From Mobula hypostoma (Eukaryota): a DNA stretch of 64,000 bases. A program made the translations under genes and the position numbers. Under the pieces are notes generated by a model. It did no database searches. It worked only from the letters and a program-made list of their open reading frames with translations, and was not told the DNA's origin. Of this stretch, positions 52,901-64,000 are shown in pieces. Each line of letters begins with the position of its first letter. Positions within the stretch are counted from its first letter, which is position 1. The DNA lies in the NCBI RefSeq assembly GCF_963921235.1, contig NC_086108.1:49044001-49108000 (forward strand). Direction: 5' to 3'.

Positions 52901-54277
52901 AACAACAGACCACAAACATACAACACATAGTTGAAATTTAAATATAATGGTAACTTCTGGAGAAGCAGGCATACTTACGTCAGACAATAATTGCATACTA
53001 TATGACTAAAATATTTGCTACTCATGAAGTGAATTTTCACTGTGTGATTCCCAATTATCAATTGTTTTTAGGAGGTTACATGGCTACTTATATTCAGTCA
53101 GCAACACCTTTAAAGGGAGGGAAGTTCTTCAAGCTGTAAGTAATCATGACTCTTGACTCTCCACTTCTAGAAAACCTTGGAAATGAAGTATATATTACTC
53201 ATTTATTTGAAGTATCAACTTAAGAATGACTGATATTATTAATTTCTCCTAAGGTAGACCAAAATTAATCTAGATTCATAGCTTTAAGACTGCAATGACC
53301 TTGATGGTACTGCTCTCCCACAAATCCTGGATCTTGTTTTACTTTATGTTAATTCTTTCGTTTCTGCAAATAATCTTCCAGATTTAAAAGGACTATTTTA
53401 TTCTTTTTGTTGTCCTATTAACTCACAAAGTTGAGATACAAGTAACCAGTAAATAAAAATTAGGCATATGCTAGGTTTTTACTGATACTTGTAGTTGTTT
53501 TGAATTTCCAAGGATCATAATCCCAAATATATAAAGATTTGCTTTGAAATTTATGAACCATGTAAACAAAGTCAGAAAATGCTAATAAAAGAACAAACTG
53601 ATGACATTTTATGACTATTATCAGTTTATCACTTAGAGGACAACAATAAGAATAAAATAGTCCTTTTGAATCTGGAAGGCTATTTGCAGAAACAAAAGAA
53701 TTAACATAAAGTAAAACAAACATCTTCAGAAAAATTGAGCATCAAATTTTATTTTACTCTATTAAAACCAAAGTTAATAACAAAAATCAGTGATGGTAAT
53801 AATCATCTCTAGGTTAGTCAAGAAATTAAACAAAAATTTCAAGTTGCCATTATGTAATCAAAAAATAGCTTCTCAGTTAGCATAGGATGCAGTTTCACAA
53901 AACCTTGCACAGCTCTGAAATGAAAGAAAAAACAGAAGGCCAAGAATAGCTTTGCAAAAAAATCTGAAAAAGGAGTTCAAACTGTCACCTCAAAAATACA
54001 CATTCAATTGGTCAAATCTGATTAAGTACACTTCCCCACAATGGATTCCTTATTCAAGTACGCAACTCAACAAACCCCGTGACATTCCTTTTTTTTCAAG
54101 TAGTTACCAAATTTTTTATCAAAAGTAATTCATGTACCATTATAACAATTGTGTAGACAGTTGCTCAAAGGGGAACAGTGATGTGTAAAATGGGGGTAAT
54201 AAAGCACAAAGAAAATTTTAAGCATTTTACAAGTTAGTATTAATTGGTAGTATTGAAATTTGAACTTGATGTCATTA

Positions 54278-54550
<273 letters not shown>

Positions 54551-54622
54551 TCACAACAACAAAACAGCAGATTGGTAAAATATGCTGTCTACTTACAGTC
54601 ACCTACAATTAGTTATTCCTTA

Positions 54623-54689
54623 CAGCACTGTGTAAAAGTCTTGGGCACCCTAGTTCTATATATGTGCCCAAGACTTTTGCACAGTACTA
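54623..54689. mobile_element. ~67-bp Tc1-type palindromic MITE
   Basis: CAGCACTGTGTAAAAGTCTTGGGCAC-CCTAGTTCTATATAT-GTGCCCAAGACTTTTGCACAGTACT. Confidence 0.8.
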
Positions 54690-54865
54690 TCTTCTGGCAG
54701 AATTTTTATGAATAAATATTTTTTGAATTGGAATTCCAATAGATTTTATACCAGTACCAACTGTGAACTTCTGAAATATATGATGCAGTTACTTTATTTT
54801 TAAATAAAGTTAAATAAATTGGAACTTAATTTTGATTTTATTTTGTTTCTTTGATTTACTGAGTA

Positions 54866-55382
54866 CAGTACTTGCAAAAGTCTTCGGCAATTTTGGCAAA
54901 TCTTAGCTAATTTTACATACTGCATTGTGCTGCTGCTGCAAAAGAAAAACAAACTTCATGTCATACAATATGTGAGTGATGATAAATCTTATTCTGGTAT
55001 GGGTTTCTATTGTGGACTGAGATTAGGAAGGGGGCAAGGAGAGGGGATTCATGGTTGGGAAAAGGAGAAGTGAGAAGGGAGGGAGAGGGAAGCACTAGAG
55101 AGACATTCTGTAATGATCAATAAGCTAAACATTTGGAATCAAATGACATTGCCTGGTGTCTGTGGGCTGGGTCTACACCCATGCCAACCCCTGCCCCAGC
55201 ACTCCCTCTCTGTCACCTGTCCCACACCTCTCCCACAGTGATTCACCCTCACCATTACCAAAATCCTTTGCTCCTGCCAGATTTAGAAATTCGCTCTCTG
55301 TTCCACATTAATAAATGCAGTACTGTGCAAAAGCCTTAGGAACCCTAGCTATATATGTGCCTTAGACCTTTGCACAGTACTG
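54866..55382. mobile_element. ~515-bp MITE of the same TIR family, ending in a second mini-palindrome (55318-55382)
   Basis: TA|CAGTACTTGCAAAAGTCTT...CAGTACTGTGCAAAAGCCTTAGG...GACCTTTGCACAGTACTG|TA. Confidence 0.65.
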
Positions 55383-55411
55383 TATGCCTGCAAAAAAAAA
55401 GAATCTCAGGG

Positions 55412-55440
55412 TTGTGTGTATATATATATATAAAATGATC

Positions 55441-55477
<37 letters not shown>
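55412..55477. repeat. (TA)n/(TG)n compound microsatellite within a Rex1-type 3' tail
   Basis: Directly visible. Confidence 0.85.
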
Positions 55478-57058
55478 ACTTTGATAATAAATTTATTTTG
55501 AACTTTGAAATCAGCATAACTGTAATTAAAGAAATAAATCTGCACCAGAATATATTGTAACACCACGCTACACTGAGTTTTTATATTGTTGGCTACTATT
55601 TTTGAACTAGGATTTTCCAAACTTACATATTGGCAAATTATGGTTGAAAGCTGCGACTTGAAGGAAAAGTCTACTTGTGACCAGAATGAATAATTTAGAG
55701 ATGAAATAGGAGTAGTTCAGGGCAAATGTGTTCTTGCAAAGGTGAAGTTAAGGCCAACAAATGCAAGGAATATCATGAGATATTGAGGGTTGGACAAAGG
55801 ATAAAAAAAATTTTTAAATCAGCAGATAATGAGAATCAAAGGAAAGAAAAGACCCACAGAAAAGAGTCATAGATTATAAGCTCAGGAGTACAGCAAGTAT
55901 AGCGGAACTTCTATAAGGTACAAGGAGAGCAAAAATGGTACATATAGCTTTGGGGGCAAAATCAATACTTATAAAATCCAAAAGCATTTTAAGTACTTAA
56001 AGGAGAAAAAGGTAATCAGGGAAAAAGTAGGGCCTATTAGGCTACAAATGGAGGAAAAAGGAGATTCTGGTTCTCCAACAGGAATTTTGGATGAACCAAA
56101 ATTCATCCAAATTTTCTTTGACAATGTAAGAGATGAAGATTTCCAAAAAAATAGCAAATGTGGAACCTTTATTAAAGATTTCAACAGTTTGAGAGTGGGC
56201 CCCTACTCTACAACCCTGAAAAAAGCTATTTGGATCAGCTGTACTTCGCTCAATTTTATCACTATAGTAGAGGAATCCTAGCAGGAAGGATGTCTGCAGA
56301 GTGACAGTGAAGGATAAAAAAAACAGGAAGCATTCTTAATTAATGCACAACCAGTTGAAATAGTCCAGAAGAACTGTTCTCATAATTTATGTTTCTCCAA
56401 TAGCTTCATATCAACAGTTTGAGTATAATACGTTTTTACAATCCTGGTATATTTGTCATAGCTACCATTGACTGCATCTTCTATAGCTCTTTGAAGTTCA
56501 TAGCTTGGAGAGGTGAATGATTTATTACCTTATGCTGAGGGCTACAATCAATATCTTGCTGTTTTACTATTTTCTACAATATTACCAACTCCTTGCGCAT
56601 ATCAGTTCTCATTATCACTCAAAAGTAATGTCTAGTATGAAACAAGAGCTGGAAATACTCTATTTATTTGATTTGTTTCTGTACATTCTGTTTGTTTCAG
56701 ATTTCCAGCATCTGCAGTTTTTTGCATCAAACCTAATTTGAAGGTGTTTCGAAGTTAACTCCAAGCCTCTGTAGATTAATATATTCCAAGGCAGAATTAG
56801 TGTTAGCAAGGAAAATGGCATCTGATTTGAATTCTCCATGCCTAATCATATCCAGTATCCTTGATTTGGATTTATAGATTATTTAAAATCAGCTTTATTT
56901 CTCAGTTCATTTTTATATAGAGACAGTAAGTACCATGTTGAATTTTCACTCTTCTCTTAATCACAGACACCAATGACCATGTTGAATTTTACTCATCTCT
57001 TTATTTTCTATTGGCATTTAGTTGTTATTGTTGGAAACAATTTTATGGAACTGACTTA

Positions 57059-57217
<159 letters not shown>

Positions 57218-57227
57218 TTATTATTTA

Positions 57228-57443
<216 letters not shown>

Positions 57444-57944
57444 CTATAAAGCATTACATGTAACATAAAATGTTAGATTGCCTAAAATATTGACATTCAA
57501 TATTTATTAAGAAGTGCATGCTCTATATGTAAAGAGATTACCTTCATACTATATAGTAAAAATATTTAAGGCATTATCTGTTCAATGTTATTTAATTTTG
57601 TGTGAATATATTCTGTATTACCCACCTGTACATAAAGCCTTCATTTACTGCATCCTTTAACTTTATAACCAGGGTATGCAAGTAATTCTAAGGATTTCAA
57701 AACTTGACAGTAAGAACCAAGCTATGAAAGGTAAGAAAATGGAACAAAAAGCAGATTGCAAGAAGATTGCAATGTAAAGAAGCATGAGTATGTCATAGGC
57801 TTTCTCATTCATTTAATTTAGCCTCCATGATAAAATATACCGAAATTGTATTAAAGCAGCTGGGAGGTTATAAGCTTATGTTTACCCCATAGATGAATTC
57901 TTCATCCATGTTATTGTGACTTTCCAATTGTACTAAGGTTCCTT

Positions 57945-58490
57945 AAGGTTGTTACAGCCAAGGGATGGTGGGGGTTTGGGAATGGGGACAAGCTCCCACT
58001 ACCTATGAAATGTCTCAATGCCACGCACCTCAAATAACCTCTGACAACCAAGTCCAGCTCATGGCCTTCACATGTTGCTTAGCTGCTAAGACCGGTGGAA
58101 CCATTTTTACTGACAGGAGAAGGGGCAAGGATGGGTCACTGGCGCCTTAAAACCAGTTGCTTCTGGTAGATGGGGCTCATCAGCTATGGTTTGAAGCTCA
58201 TCTCGGAAAATGAAAATTCTAAACTCAAACCTCCGTTGCCTTGGGAGTAAACCCCAAGGGAAAAATAGGGAGCTGGCATCCCTAAGGCAGTCTTACATTG
58301 AGTTCAACACTGAATGGCAACTCCTGCGAAACTGCTGGTGCCAAACTGTACTGGTCTCTGTCTTTCCTTTGGGTCATCAGATATGTGGAGAAGGGGAGCT
58401 TGCTACATAGTCAACAGCTTGTATCACCCAGGCTTACATATCTTGACAGTTAGGATGCAACACTGATGGTTGACCCTGACTGTTAGAGCC
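57945..58490 (+). mobile_element. Dispersed non-coding repeat, related to 18381-18750 in opposite orientation
   Basis: Shared sequence blocks between the two loci; family not identified (possibly an RTE-type 5' region or SINE). Confidence 0.5.
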
Positions 58491-59469
58491 TCAGAAGCAC
58501 CAATTGTATTATCCTAACTTTTTGGTAGACAACTTCCCATCATGTGTAAACCTAAACTCATCCAATTTTCTATTGCCCATATTGTAATTAAGTCCTCCTG
58601 AGTCATTATTTCTGTTTACATAGGTCCTGGTCTGCTTTCATCACAATTTAAAATTTTCTATTTCCACATTCAAATTCTGACATGGTTTTGATTCTCCCTC
58701 TTCAAAGTGCCCTGCATTCCTCCAACTCCAGGTTCTTGTTCATTTGTCATTTCCATCATCCCATTACTGCTAGTTGTATCGTCAAGCTATTTTCAATGCA
58801 AGGCTCTGGAGCTTCTATGTAAAATTTAATTCAATGCTCCAGCATCACCTGCACTAATCTGTTTGTCTTAGTATCTGTCACTTTTTGGCTTACTGCATGC
58901 TTGAAAGATACTCTGGGTATTTTTTCTGCATGAAGAACGTAAGCACTGAGCTTCATTGTGAAAACCTTCCAAACACAAAAACCTGAATGAAGATGGTGAA
59001 ACTTTGAAAACTAAATAGAAATTGCTAGAAAAGCTAAGCAGGTCATCACAATTTGTGAAAAATAAAACAGGGTTAATGTTTTGGATCAATCAACTTTCAC
59101 CAAGATGATTAACATTGCTACTTCTAAGATAGTGTCAAGTAATGATCTTGTCTCAATGTGTTTTCCAATGAGCTGGAAATCATCTGCTTATAAAATAACT
59201 TGGCTTGAAAACAGAACAAAAATAAAATCCTAATTGCTACATTATGTGGCTAATAGTAATGCTTCTACTTGAGAATTAATCCATACAGGGGAAAAATACT
59301 ATCAACTCCAAGGCTATCTTCACTATAGCTCTTCCCACCCTGTCTCCTGTAAGAATGATATTCCCTTTTCTCAAACAGGAGGAATTCTGTAGATGGTGGA
59401 AATTCAAGCAACACACATCAAAGTTGCTGGTGAACGCAGCAGGCCAGGCAGCATCTCTAGGAAGAGGTA

Positions 59470-59507
59470 CAGTCGACGTTTCAGGCCGAGACCCTTTGTC
59501 AGGACTA
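59470..59507 (-). ncRNA. Minimal type I hammerhead ribozyme motif, sense to the SHCBP1L pre-mRNA
   Basis: Reverse complement reads TAGTCCTGACAAAGGGTCTCGGCCTGAAACGTCGACTG, identical to 61168-61205. Confidence 0.7.
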
Positions 59508-61167
59508 ACTGAAGGAAGAGCTAGTAAGAGATTTGAATTTGGAGGGGGAGGGGGAGATCCAAAATGATAGGAGAAGACGGGAGGGGGAGGGATGGAGCCA
59601 AGAGCTGGACAGGTGATAGGCAAAAGGGATATGAGAGGATCATGGGACAGGAGGCCCAGGGAGAAGGAAAAGGGGGCGGGGGAAGCCCAGAGGATGGGCA
59701 AGGGGTATAGGCAGAGGGACAGAGGGAGAAAAAGGAGAGTGAGAGAAAGAATGTGTGTATATAAGTAACAGATGGAGTACAAGGGGGAGGTGGGGTATTA
59801 GCGGAAGTTAGAGAAGTCAATATTCATGCCATCATGTTGGAGGCTACCCAGACGGAATATAAGGTGTTGTTCCTCCAACCTGAGTGTGGCTTCATCTTGA
59901 CAGTAGAGGAGGCCATGGATAGACATGTCAGAATGGGAATGGGATGTGGAATTAAAATGTGTGGCCACTGGGAGATCCTGCTTTCTCTGGCAGACAGAGC
60001 GTAGGTGTCCAGCAAAATGATCTCCCAGTCTGCGTCGGGTCTGCCGTATCTGCTCTCAGGATGAGGCTTTTCATTCCAGGACAATTCCTCTGTCTCTGCC
60101 GCATCTGCTCTCAGGATGAGGCTTTTCATTGCAGGACGAGGGAGATGTCCTCCTTTTTTAAAGAAAGGGGCTTCCCTTCCTCCACTATCAACTCTGCTCT
60201 CAAACACATCTCCCCCATTTCACGCACATCTGCTCTCACTCCATCCTCCCGCCACCCCACTAGGAATAGGGTTCCCCTGGTCCTCACCTACCACCCCACC
60301 AGCCTCCGGGTCCAACATATTATTCTCCGTAACTTCTGCCACCTCCAACGGGATCCCACAACTAAGCACATCTTCCCCCCCCCCACTTTCCACAAGGATC
60401 GCTCCCTACACGACTCCCTTGTCCATTCGTCCCCCCCATCCCTCCCCACTGATCTCCCTCCTGGCACTTATCCTCGTACGCGGAACAAGTGCTACACATG
60501 CTCTTACACTTCCTCCCTCACCACCATTCAGGGCCCCAGACAGTCCTTCCAGGTGAGGCGACACTTCACCTGTGAGTCAGCTGGGATGATATACTGCGTC
60601 CGGTGCTCCTGATGTGGCCTTCTATATATTGGCGAGACCCGACACAGACTGGGAGATCGTTCTGCTGAACACCTACGCTCTGTCCGCCAGAGAAAGCAGG
60701 ATCTCCCCTGGCCACACGTTTTAATTCCACATCCCATTCCCATTCTGACATGTCTATCCATGGCCTCCTCTACTGTCAAGATGAAGCCACACTCAGGTTG
60801 GAGGAACAACACCTTATATTCTGTCTGGGTAGCCTCCAACCTGATGGCATGAACCCTGACTTCTCAAACTTCTGCAAATGCCCCACCTCCCCCCATACCC
60901 CATCCATTATTTATATACATACATTCTTTCTCTCATTCTCCTTTTTCTCCCTCTGTCCCTCTGCCTATACCCCTTGCCCATCCTCTCGGCTTCCCCCGCC
61001 CCCTTTTCCTTCTCCCTGGGCCTCCTGTCCCATGATCCTCTCATATCCCTTTTGCCTATCACCTGTCCAGCTCTTGGCTCCATCCCTCCCCCTCCCGTCT
61101 TCTCCTATCATTTTGGATCTCCCCCTCCCCCTCCAAATTCAAATCTCTTACTAGCTCTTCCTTCAAT

Positions 61168-61205
61168 TAGTCCTGACAAAGGGTCTCGGCCTGAAACGTC
61201 GACTG
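61168..61205 (+). ncRNA. Minimal type I hammerhead ribozyme motif (core variant CUGACAA)
   Basis: TAGTC-CTGACAA-A-GGGT(CTCG)GCCT-GAAA-C-GTC-GACTG; inverted twin at 59470-59507. Confidence 0.7.
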
Positions 61206-61289
61206 TACTTCTTCCTAGAGATGCTGCCTGGCCTGCTGCGTTCACCAGCAACTTTGATGTGTGTTGCTTCCCTTTTCTCAGTTGCTTCA

Positions 61290-62192
61290 CCTTCACTGCA
61301 TCTGTTCCAAGGATTAAGCTTTCCTTTCCAGGACATCAGAGATGTCCTGCATCTAAGAAGGGGATTTCCCTTCCTCTACCATTGATGCTGACTTACCTGC
61401 ATCTCCTCCATTTCCTGGACATCTCCTTCCCCCATCTTCCCACTGCCCTAACAAGGATAGAGTTCCTCTTGTCTTCACATACCACCCCATGAGCTTCCTC
61501 ATCCAACACATCATTCTCCACAACTTCCGCCATCTTCAATGGGATCCTACTATCACCAAACACATCTTCACTTCTGTCCCACACCCAGTCTCTGCTTTCT
61601 GCAGGGATCGCTCCCTCTCTGATTCCCTTGTCCATTCATCTCTCCTCACTAATCTTCCTCCTAACACATATCCCTGCAAGCAATGGAAATGCTGCACTCT
61701 CTCATTTACCTCCTCCTTACCTCTATACAGGGCCATAGTCCATCTTCGACCATGATGAGGCTACCCAGGGTGGAGGAGCAATACCCCTTCTTCCATCTGC
61801 GTTACCTCCCACCTGATGGCATGAGCATCAAATTCTCCTTCTGGGAATTTTTTTTCCCTTTCTCCTTCCCTCGTCTTCTATTCCCTACTCTGGCCTCTTA
61901 ACTTTTATCCTCTCCTGCCTATCACCTCCCCCTTGTGCCCTTCCCTTTCTTCCATGGTCCACTCTCCTCTCCTATCAGATTCCTTCTCCAGCCTTAACCC
62001 TGCCCACCCACCTGGTTTCACCTATCACCTTCTCACTTGTTCTCCTTCCTCTTCCCCACCCTTTTTATTCTGGCAACTTCCTGCTTCCTTTCCAGTCCTG
62101 AAAAAGATTCTTGGTCCGAAACATCGACTGTTTGTTCATTTCCATAGCTGCTGCTTGACATGTTGAGTTCCTGCAGCATTTTAAGTGTGTTG
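61290..62192 (+). mobile_element. Older Penelope-like fragment with degenerate hammerhead
   Basis: IQHIILHNFRHLQWDPT...FCRDRSLSDSLVHS; same tail as 39230-40325. Confidence 0.82.
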
Positions 62193-62887
62193 CAGTTGCT
62201 GATATAACTCTTTCAGGATAAGGTCTGCTAATGTAATTTGATCTTTATTAATCATTACATAATCAACAGCCACATCCTTGTTTGTTCTGAACATATTGTA
62301 CAATAATTCTTCCATTTTGTGTGGCAAATAACCATTGTATAACACAGGTAAAAGCTGATGTAATGCCAAAAAAGGGATTTTTAAAAAAATATTTTCCTCT
62401 GAGAAAAGGGTAAAGTAATTTACTGATCTCTAAAGTGACCTTGTATTGGAAATCATTGAAATCAAATGGCTTCTTCTTTCTGGAGCACCACAGGAGTTCC
62501 ACTTGTGCATACTCTGCAATTAAGATTGAGCTACTTTAGATCAATGTTATTTCTAGGAATATATTAATTCATGTCTGAGCAAAATTTTAATGAACTAAGC
62601 TTTCCATGGCAGTAACACAGCCCTAGAATTTTCATAATAAATACTCTTCTCATTATTTACAAAGTAACTTGAAAAAAAAACTGCCTAATTTATTTTGATT
62701 CTGTAAGGATAGAAGCTTTCACAATTTGGTTAACAGTCAAGAACACTGATGTTGAGGAAATGATGACAATACAGACCCTGATAAAATTTTCTGCACATAG
62801 ACAAGACTAGAACAAACTTGCTCTACACCTTTCTGTAATGTAGCACTTCTTTCAAGTTGAAAGTACTTTGTGTACATTCTCTGAACT

Positions 62888-63510
62888 AGGATTCCTGCGA
62901 GGAAAGAGGACTGGGTCGAGACAACAGAGACTTATGGAGAAAAGGAGTTCAGTGGGTATTAAAATGGACGAGTTGACGGCACTAGCCAGGAGTCAAAGAA
63001 CATTTCGGGAGTGCAGTGTTATGTGTTTTACTGAAACAGGGCTGCACGAGGACATATCCGACCAAAACTTTTCCATGGAGGGCTTCCAGACCACTTGGGC
63101 TGACTGGATGTGCACTGAGAGCGGTAAGCGTAAAGCAGTTGGGGGCTTGCTGTTCTGGTTAACAATGGATGGTGCAATCCTAGTCATATTACGATCGAGG
63201 AACGTGTTTGTAGACTGGATATTGAACTTTTTGCTGTTGGGCTCCGGCCATATTCCACCGAGATACAACACTGGGCGTAATGGGAGGTTGTGCCTGCCTG
63301 TGGCCATCAAACTTTGCAGCTCCTCCCGTGGAGGATCAGACACCCTGAGCCAATAGGCTGGTCCTGGACTTATTTCCATCTGGCATAGTTTGCATATTGT
63401 TGTTTGATTGTTTGTGGGTTTTGTATTGCTATATATGCTCTATTCTTGGTTGGTACAGCTGTAACGAAACTCAATTTCCCTCGGGATCAATAAAGTATAT
63501 CTATCTATCT
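62888..63510 (+). mobile_element. Internally deleted Rex1/Babar element (endonuclease start fused to 3' end), (TATC)n tail
   Basis: KMDELTAL...RECSVMCFTET fused to IPPRYNT...LPVAIKL...GGSDTLSQ*, the same C-terminus as 43914 and 32546. Confidence 0.8.
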
Positions 63511-64000
63511 GCAAGACAAAGAAAAAACTGTGCGGGTGAAGGTGGTTTCTCAAATCATCTGTCGCCAAATTTCCAAAGTGTTGGGAAACATGACAATATA
63601 ATGGTTAAAATTAAGACAGGGTGTCTTTTTTATTGTATTTATAACATCTACCTGCATGCAGATTAATATCCATTTAGATCAGAAATGGCTTTCATAGAAT
63701 GTCCTTTTTCTACATCAGAATTTCTGAATCTTAATTTCTCACATAACATCAACTCAAGGGAGACATTTTTGAAGGTAACAATTAATTGGTCCAGACAAAA
63801 ATGGGGATCTGTATTTGAATGGCTGGGTTTTCCTTTAACTAGTGATAAAATGACATGATTCATACTGCATTTTGTCTAAGATCTGGTAAGAATAAAAATG
63901 CTTTACATATTCTCCCTGAGATTATCTGCATTTCTTCTAGTACTTTGGTTTCATCACATATCCCAAAAACAGTGGGTTGCTAAATGGTACAGTCTAGGGG

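Larger units (their letters stand above)
59374..61267. mobile_element. Penelope-like insertion with inverted 3' repeats and 13-bp TSD
   Basis: ~59407-60040 is the reverse complement of ~60635-61267. The middle encodes FFKERGFP...RVPLVLTYHP...HFTCESAGMIYCVRCS-CGLLYIGET (GIY-YIG). Flanking direct repeat TTCCCTTTTCTCA at 59361-59373 and 61268-61280. Confidence 0.9.

Noticed and set aside
56932..57002. ~27-bp direct repeat (ACCATGTTGAATTTT..CTC.TCTCTT) near an exon
   Set aside because: Simple local duplication with no evidence of function.
58060..58125. Possible second HDV/CPEB3-like ribozyme (GCC-TTCACAT-GT...ACTGACAGGAG)
   Set aside because: I could not assign consistent P1 and P3 pairings in this copy; a family consensus would be needed.
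59276..61492. Pro/Leu/Ser-rich ORFs of 100-200 aa as novel proteins
   Set aside because: They are translations of the pyrimidine-rich Penelope 3' repeat, duplicated by the inversion.
57444..64000. Upstream SHCBP1L exons or promoter
   Set aside because: No segment with SHCBP1L-like translation and splice sites found; ORFs 62181..62369 and 63663..63863 look non-coding, and there is no CpG island.

Overview
Vertebrate genomic DNA, most likely a cartilaginous fish such as a ray (inferred from the CR1/Penelope/Rex1 repeat content). The only host gene I can support is SHCBP1L on the minus strand. Six internal coding exons (57443-57229, 57146-57060, 54497-54279, 24386-24281, 18203-18050, 2238-1988) have GT-AG borders and consistent phases, and splice into 1032 nt (344 open codons). 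The 5' and 3' exons appear to lie outside the window. The introns are mostly decayed and nested transposons: several CR1 LINEs, Rex1/Babar LINEs, a near full-length L1-type LINE, Gypsy LTR elements, Penelope-like elements, two Buster-type hAT transposons, a hAT MITE, Tigger/pogo and Tc1 remnants, and a non-autonomous Helitron. Nearly all ORF-track ORFs are TE fragments or antisense noise. I found no new protein-coding system. The most interesting non-obvious signals are RNA-structural: four minimal hammerhead-ribozyme motifs in Penelope 3' ends, a TSD-bounded Penelope insertion with ~630-bp inverted arms, a candidate degenerate HDV-like ribozyme, and a Helitron visible only from its termini.
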